Shown: positions 58,460 to 64,000 of the stretch, piece by piece
How positions within the stretch are numbered: the first letter of the stretch is position 1
Layout of the letters: every line of letters starts with the position of its first letter
Origin: Candidatus Poribacteria bacterium
GTDB taxonomy: Bacteria > Poribacteria > WGA-4E > WGA-3G
Length of the DNA stretch: 64,000 bases
Assembly (NCBI GenBank): GCA_965205015.1
Contig: OZ242029.1
Location: 5,216,001-5,280,000, forward strand
Direction of reading: 5' to 3'
The notes under the pieces: model-generated
The model's database searches: none
Seen by the model: the letters and a program-made list of their open reading frames with translations, nothing else
Told to the model about the DNA's origin: nothing
Translations under genes and position numbers: made by a program

Positions 58460-59836
58460 TTAGGCGGCAGCGATGCAATCCCCTTCTAACGCACCGAGCG
58501 TGACGCGCTGAATCTGATTGATCGCACTCTCTGGGGCATCCACGAGGACACGAAGATAGTTGTCGGTAAAACCTGCGAGGTGGTTGTTTTCCCCTTCTCT
58601 GCTCGCTTCGATGAGCACCGCTTTCTGCTTGCCAAGCATCCGTCGTCGGAATGCCGTGTTCAGGCGTTCGCCAAGCGCAATCATCGTTTGACTCCGTGCT
58701 GCGGAAATGTGTGGAGAGACTTGATCCGGGTAGGTCGCCGCGGGTGTGCCTTTTCGAGGGGAATAACGAAACACATGTAACTGGCTGAATCCGATGTTCT
58801 CGACGAATTGGCATGATGCCTCAAAGTGGGCATCCGTTTCGCCGGGAAATCCGACCATAATATCCGTGGTAATCCCGACATCATCGCCAAAGACGCGTCG
58901 TAAGTTCCCAACGAGATGTGCGAATTCTGCCGTCGTGTAACGCCGACGCATCTGCCGCAACACCGCATCTGAACCGGCTTGGAGTGGAAGGTGGAAGTGC
59001 GGCATGCATTTTGGGAGTGCTGCCATCCGCTCACCAAGGGAATCTGGGAAATACATCGGTTCGATCGAGCTGAAACGGATACGTTCAATGCCTTCGATGT
59101 CGTGGATATGCTCTAAAATATCGGCAATGTCTTTTTCCCGACCGGTGTCCACGCCGTAAGCACCGAGATGCACGCCGGTGATGACGACCTCTTTGATACC
59201 GCTGTCAGCGATGCGACGGGCTTCGCCGGCGATATCAGCGAGCGGACGGCTTGTCATTCTACCGCGCACATACGGGATAATGCAGTAAGTACAGAAAGCA
59301 CTGCATCCGTCTTGCACTTTGATGAGCGCACGCGTGCGTTTGCCGGCATTGCTGACGCCTTTGCTAAAGCGTGCGTGTTCGCGAATAGCATCGTGTTGAA
59401 CGGGTTCTATAGTGAGGAGTGGGTTCGGCGTGTGAGACACCTCTGCTGGCGAGGTTCCTAACCTCTCTCCAGATGATGTTTCGGTGTGCAAGACATCGAG
59501 GTACTGCTGAAAATCCGCCTTTTCTCGGTTGCCGAAAACAAATGTTACACCGGGGATCTCTTCAATCGCCTCACGATCGCTTTCCGCATAGCAACCTGTG
59601 ACGAGCACTTTTGCGTCCGGATGCCGTCGAATTGCTCTCCGAATGACTTGCCGTGCTTTCTGGTCGGCAGTGTTCGTTACGGTGCATGTGTTGATGAGAT
59701 AGAGGTCGGTCTCCTGTTGTTGAGATGTTTCATCATCAACAATCGTATATCCGTTGCGTCGAAGCGTCTCGCGCATAGATTGCGTATCGTATTGGTTGAC
59801 CTTACAGCCCATCGTAATCAGTTTTGCGGTTCGCAT
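58460..59836 (-). CDS. mtaB: tRNA (t6A37) methylthiotransferase
   Basis: TMGCKVNQYD, NTCTVT, TGCYA, KVQDGCSAFCTYCIIP, RFSSIEP, HVFRYS, TDNY; start at 59836. Confidence 0.93.
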   Translation of the reverse strand: MRTAKLITMGCKVNQYDTQSMRETLRRNGYTIVDDETSQQQETDLYLINTCTVTNTADQKARQVIRRAIRRHPDAKVLVTGCYAESDREAIEEIPGVTFVFGNREKADFQQYLDVLHTETSSGERLGTSPAEVSHTPNPLLTIEPVQHDAIREHARFSKGVSNAGKRTRALIKVQDGCSAFCTYCIIPYVRGRMTSRPLADIAGEARRIADSGIKEVVITGVHLGAYGVDTGREKDIADILEHIHDIEGIERIRFSSIEPMYFPDSLGERMAALPKCMPHFHLPLQAGSDAVLRQMRRRYTTAEFAHLVGNLRRVFGDDVGITTDIMVGFPGETDAHFEASCQFVENIGFSQLHVFRYSPRKGTPAATYPDQVSPHISAARSQTMIALGERLNTAFRRRMLGKQKAVLIEASREGENNHLAGFTDNYLRVLVDAPESAINQIQRVTLGALEGDCIAAA

Positions 59837-59920
59837 GAGTCTTTTTATAGATTTTGTTAGAGAGATCCCAACTTCGTTCCATACACGCTCGCTGGCGAAG
59901 TTTCTGTTTTCCAAGTAAAT

Positions 59921-59949
59921 ATTATACCGAATTTTTGCCCGAATTGCAA
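59921..59949 (-). promoter_or_regulatory. Sigma70-type promoter of mtaB
   Basis: Minus strand TTGCAA-17 bp-TATAAT; supports a start at 59836 rather than 60016. Confidence 0.65.
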
Positions 59950-60081
59950 ATGAGATAGTTCTACAAAAAGGTAAGTGCGGTTTTATGACATCTGGTAATG
60001 TCGCGAAGGGAGTCATGGATCAAGACGCGTCTATAATCCTGTCCATCCTTTAATCCTGATTCAGACAATGAAACAGTAGAG

Positions 60082-60108
60082 AAAATAGGCGGGCACCGAG
60101 ACCCGCCT
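60082..60108 (-). terminator. Hairpin/terminator after the oxidoreductase
   Basis: AGGCGGG-TCTCGGTG-CCCGCCT followed by ATTTT on the minus strand. Confidence 0.55.
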
Positions 60109-60117
60109 CGGAAGGGA

Positions 60118-61089
60118 CTATGATAACTCGACCGCTTTGCCGGTACGTGCGCATTCGTAGATAGCCATATTGAGAGCAACGGAACGTCTACCTTCATAGC
60201 CGTCAACTGCCGGTGAGCCACCGTCGTTGATGACTTGGAGCGCGTCCTCGATGACGTTATCCGGATAGGGCGGCAGTTCGATTTCGGGTTCATTGTCATC
60301 GACGAACTCCCACATCTCGGGTCCAAGACCGACGATGCCTTTTTCGCCGTGAACGTGGATCATTGAGACGCTGCTGCCGGGGAAAGTCGTCGTTGTCAGG
60401 ACGTGTCCGAGCGCCCCGTTCTCAAATTCGAGAATCGCCGAGGTCATGTCCTCGGTTTCACAATTTTCGTGATCGTAGACGTCGAAGTGTGCCCCGATGA
60501 CGCGTTTGACGGGACCCATGAACCAGAGCATCAAGTCGATGTAATGCACGCCTTGGTTCATGATAGAACCGCCGCCGTCGAGTTCCCAGGTGCCGTGCCA
60601 ACCGACGTAGTAACTATCCGGACGTTTCCACTTCATGCGGAGTTCGCAGAGCAAGGGTCTACCGAGACCCCCGGTTGTGAGCACGTGCTGGATCTGACGG
60701 TTATGTGTGCCGTATCGCTCTCCAAAATCAACGAGTAATTTGACATCGTTGTCTTCACATGTTTTAATAAGGGAGTTGCAATTTTCAACGCTGACGTCCA
60801 TCGGTTTTGTGGTGATGACGTGTTTACCGCGGCGTGCGGCTTCCTCTCCGAATTTTCCGTGGAGCCCGCTCGGTGTCATAATCATTGCCACGTCGATATC
60901 GTCGCGATCGAACATCTCAAGCGCATCGTCGTGGCTTTCACAACCGAAGTTTTCTTCAGCCGACTTGCGCCGCTCTTCGACGAGATCCGCCACAGCGACG
61001 AGTTCTGCACCGTCTGTGCTGTGAATCATACGGGAGCGGTTCATGCCCATACCTAAACCGACAACGCCAAAACGTAGAGTATTAGCCAT
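60118..61089 (-). CDS. Gfo/Idh/MocA family oxidoreductase
   Basis: FGVVGLGMG, TPSGLH, GKHVITTKP, GGGSIMNQGVHYID; AGGAG RBS before 61089. Confidence 0.9.
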   Translation of the reverse strand: MANTLRFGVVGLGMGMNRSRMIHSTDGAELVAVADLVEERRKSAEENFGCESHDDALEMFDRDDIDVAMIMTPSGLHGKFGEEAARRGKHVITTKPMDVSVENCNSLIKTCEDNDVKLLVDFGERYGTHNRQIQHVLTTGGLGRPLLCELRMKWKRPDSYYVGWHGTWELDGGGSIMNQGVHYIDLMLWFMGPVKRVIGAHFDVYDHENCETEDMTSAILEFENGALGHVLTTTTFPGSSVSMIHVHGEKGIVGLGPEMWEFVDDNEPEIELPPYPDNVIEDALQVINDGGSPAVDGYEGRRSVALNMAIYECARTGKAVELS

Positions 61090-61146
61090 TAGAAATTCTC
61101 CTTTTCTATTGGTTGACTGATAGCCATTATACCATATACACAGACG

Positions 61147-62820
61147 ATGCGTTACAAAAAATTGACGATACCCACAATCGGTTTTATTGTGCTTCTCTTT
61201 ATCTCGCACATCGTGCTGAAAGCCGCATTCGCGCAAACCGTTTCTTCACGAAACCAAGATGTGCGTTTCACCGATATAACAACGGAACTCGGCATCGAAT
61301 TTCAGCATGTAAACGGTGAGAGCGGTAGGAAGTACTTTATTGAGCCGATCGGCAGCGGCGTTGCCCTCTTCGATTTTGACAATGACGGGGATTTGGATCT
61401 CTATTTCGTCAATGGTAGCGATTTGCCGGGCGGGACCTCATCAATTCTACCGACAAATCGTTTCTACCGCAATGATGGCGGCACTTTCACCGATATAACG
61501 GACGTTGCTTCTGTTGGTGATACAGGCTACGGGTTAGGGTGCTGCGTCGGCGATTACAACAACGACGGTTTCACGGATCTCTATGTGACGAACTACGGTC
61601 CGAATGTGCTGTATCGCAACAATGGGGACGGCACTTTTGCGGATGTCGCTGACACCGCTGGCGTTGATGGTGATCAGTTCAGCAGTGGGTGTGCTTTTGT
61701 AGACGTTGATGCCGATGGGTATCTGGATCTCTATGTCGTCAACTACGTTCAGTTCGACCCAGATACGAACCCTGAATGCGCTCGACTGGGGATTCCAACG
61801 TATTGCACACCGGAAGCACTCCCCGGCGTTGCTGATGTATTCTACCGTAACAACGGTGATGGCACCTTCAGGGATGTCTCAGGGAGCATAGGGATCGGCA
61901 CAGCAAATGGAAAGGGATTGGGTGTCGTCTGCGGCGATATGGATAACGACGGAGATGTCGATATTTTCGTTGCGAACGATACGACGCCGAATCTTCTCTA
62001 TCGCAACGAACGAAAGGGTGATGAGATGACGGAGGACGCGCTTTTCGCAGGCGTTGCGCTCAGCGAGGAAGGACGCGCCTATAGCGGGATGGGCGCAAAC
62101 CTCGGCGATTTTGATAACGACGGCTATCTCGATATCGTGATTACGAATTTTCAGGATCAGACGAATAGTCTCTATCACAATGCCCAGGGCGGATTCTTTA
62201 CCGAGATGAGTTTCGCCAAAGGGATCGGTGAGAGGAGTCTCCCCTATTTGGCGTGGGGTGTCGATTTCATCGATGTTAACAATGACGGCTGGTTGGACCT
62301 GTTTATTGCCAACGGGCACTTGGATGACAATATCGCCGAGATTGATCCGATTGGTACGTATGCACAGCCGAATCAACTTTTCCTGAATGATCAAAGTATC
62401 CGTTTTTCGGAGAATCCTGATGCGGCGATAGCACAGCGAAAAGTGAGTCGAGGTGCTGCTTTCGGCGATATGGATAACGATGGTGATATTGACATTGTCG
62501 TCTCCAACCTCAAAGACGCGCCGACCGTTTTGCGGAACGACAGTGGCAACGCGTCGCGGTGGTTAACCGTCAAGCTCATCGGGACCCGTTGCAATCGAGA
62601 TGCGATCGGAACACGGGTGACAATTGTTTCCGGGGAGTTGACGCAGATGCGTGAGGTCAAAAGCGGTTCGGGTTACCTCAGTCAAAACGACCTCCGTTTA
62701 CATTTTGGGTTAGCGAACGCGACGCGGGTTGATACGCTAACAGTGCGATGGCTCTGTGGTCGCGTCCAAACGCTACAGAACGTTGAAACGAATCAGGTAC
62801 TTGTTATCTTAGAAAATTAG
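61147..62820 (+). CDS. CRTAC1/ASPIC-UnbV family protein with FG-GAP repeats
   Basis: Signal peptide; repeated D(F/Y)(D/N)NDG..D motifs; C-terminal NRDAIG...GSGYLSQND.RLHFGL. Confidence 0.92.
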   Translation: MRYKKLTIPTIGFIVLLFISHIVLKAAFAQTVSSRNQDVRFTDITTELGIEFQHVNGESGRKYFIEPIGSGVALFDFDNDGDLDLYFVNGSDLPGGTSSILPTNRFYRNDGGTFTDITDVASVGDTGYGLGCCVGDYNNDGFTDLYVTNYGPNVLYRNNGDGTFADVADTAGVDGDQFSSGCAFVDVDADGYLDLYVVNYVQFDPDTNPECARLGIPTYCTPEALPGVADVFYRNNGDGTFRDVSGSIGIGTANGKGLGVVCGDMDNDGDVDIFVANDTTPNLLYRNERKGDEMTEDALFAGVALSEEGRAYSGMGANLGDFDNDGYLDIVITNFQDQTNSLYHNAQGGFFTEMSFAKGIGERSLPYLAWGVDFIDVNNDGWLDLFIANGHLDDNIAEIDPIGTYAQPNQLFLNDQSIRFSENPDAAIAQRKVSRGAAFGDMDNDGDIDIVVSNLKDAPTVLRNDSGNASRWLTVKLIGTRCNRDAIGTRVTIVSGELTQMREVKSGSGYLSQNDLRLHFGLANATRVDTLTVRWLCGRVQTLQNVETNQVLVILEN

Positions 62821-62929
62821 TGTCTATCTCTTCTATAGGAGCGATTTGAGGGTACTCCAAAGCGGACGGCGTGGGCCATCTGCCACCCTTTCACCTTCGT
62901 AGGTGGATAAATGGACTGGAGACTGATAA

Positions 62930-63196
62930 ATGCAAATAGATGTGTTGGAAGAACTTAAAGCACGTGACGAGCGCATTGAAAGATTGGAACGCGCGCTTTT
63001 ATTGGCGTTGAGTTTAAGCGTTGGGAATCACCTCGACAAGTCTTCTCAGAATTGTTTTAGCCATGTTTCATCTTTTGCGGTGGAGCAAATGGAGACCCTT
63101 ATTGCGGAGTCTGGAAGCACAGAGAAAGTCATCGAAGCACTGCTTGACACCACTGAAAAACGGTATCGTGTTGAACTCGATGCATTGGGTCGCTAA
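62930..63196 (+). CDS. Hypothetical protein
   Basis: GGAG RBS; 88-aa helical ORF. Confidence 0.5.
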   Translation: MQIDVLEELKARDERIERLERALLLALSLSVGNHLDKSSQNCFSHVSSFAVEQMETLIAESGSTEKVIEALLDTTEKRYRVELDALGR

Positions 63197-63231
63197 CCTT
63201 GTGGGACCCCGTTACTTATCCGCAAGGTAAA

Positions 63232-64000
63232 TTAGGAAAGCGGTACCGCGTAATCATCTGGGTTGTCCTTTCGCCAGTTCGGGAGATAGCCTTCTTTGTG
63301 TCCAAAGCCGTAGGAGGGTCCGATCTGATTGATGCTCGACCAGGGCCACGCTTGCCCACCGATGAGACGAAATTCATCACTTTTGCCGCAGAGCCAATAA
63401 AACATGTGTGCCACGTATCTCGCCACGCCGTGTCCACCGTATTCGGCAGTCTGGGGATCAAATTCCGATTCTACCTTCCAATCCCGTGTCGGTGGAACCG
63501 TCCGCCAGTAGCTGTATTTTAGCATGTGGCGCAACCCTTCTGCTGTGGACTCACCGCGCCGATGGAGGATGCTTTGCGAGTGAATAACGAAAGAACCCGC
63601 CGGACCTTCGCTCGAAACACCTTTCTCGGCGATATCTCGACTTGTGGATCGGATGTGTGAACCGGGCAGAATCTCTGTCGGACCCAATTCCGACGGTGTA
63701 TCCTGCGGGAAATAAAAGACCTCCACGAAATTGGTTTCGGGGCCAAAGACATGATCGGCATCGTGGTGCCATCCCTGTGCAGGCATCGGACACTCAACAC
63801 GATGGTTGCTGACCAACACCGGCAACCCGACATTCTTGCCGAGCAATGCGCGTAGTGCGCCAGCGAGTTCACGATTCAGCAGGACATGCTCAATATACCA
63901 ATCCTCAAGCAGAATCGAGCTGGGTTCATGCGTATCCCGCATCCGTTCTAAATCGGCGTGTGTCAGTCCATCGGGCATAAAACACGGATTTATCGGCAAA
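63232..64000 (-). CDS. PhyH-family dioxygenase, 5' end beyond the window
   Basis: GWHHD, ILPGSH, ILHRR, RHMLKY. Confidence 0.85.
   Translation of the reverse strand, partial: LPINPCFMPDGLTHADLERMRDTHEPSSILLEDWYIEHVLLNRELAGALRALLGKNVGLPVLVSNHRVECPMPAQGWHHDADHVFGPETNFVEVFYFPQDTPSELGPTEILPGSHIRSTSRDIAEKGVSSEGPAGSFVIHSQSILHRRGESTAEGLRHMLKYSYWRTVPPTRDWKVESEFDPQTAEYGGHGVARYVAHMFYWLCGKSDEFRLIGGQAWPWSSINQIGPSYGFGHKEGYLPNWRKDNPDDYAVPLS

Noticed and set aside
59837-60016. Long N-terminal extension of MtaB (likewise both Gfo ORFs, TsaD, HicB and the 54008 ORF)
   Set aside because: Longest-ORF artefacts: the extensions run through promoters, repeats or neighbouring genes, and better RBS or family starts lie downstream.
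61370-62500. Repeated GAT/AAC/GAC-rich DNA motifs
   Set aside because: Explained by the FG-GAP calcium-binding repeats of the CRTAC1-family protein.

Overview
Bacterial genomic DNA (standard code), about 55 CDS, with no rRNA, tRNA, CRISPR array or transposase seen. The gene content suggests Candidatus Poribacteria (inference): five PhyH-family dioxygenases, a microcompartment satellite locus, and a large secreted LRR/cohesin/dockerin protein ending in NYPNPFNPETWIPYQL. Housekeeping genes are mlaD-like, radA, PIN/TRAM, ispD, ispF, cysS, dprA, tsaD, tsaC, guaB-like, nuoI, ligA, icd, mutS and mtaB. They are mixed with accessory modules: an intact PIN toxin-antitoxin pair, two PIN genes broken by single nonsense codons, two ABC/AAA ATPase plus nuclease-like pairs, and an orphan HicB. 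The most notable unexplained structures are: (1) dense intergenic palindromic and heptamer repeats, with copies in frame inside cysS and mtaB and possibly tsaD; (2) a tandem promoter plus hairpin unit upstream of an IMPDH homolog that lacks the catalytic Arg-Tyr flap; (3) a UvrD helicase with inserted DEDDh exonuclease and degenerate RecJ-like domains; (4) a BMC/aldehyde dehydrogenase operon divergent from an unusual citrate synthase plus icd operon; (5) an HxG-type PhyH, a candidate halogenase; (6) an intact but apparently catalytically dead MDH homolog. All product calls come from motif recognition by eye; no database searches were run.
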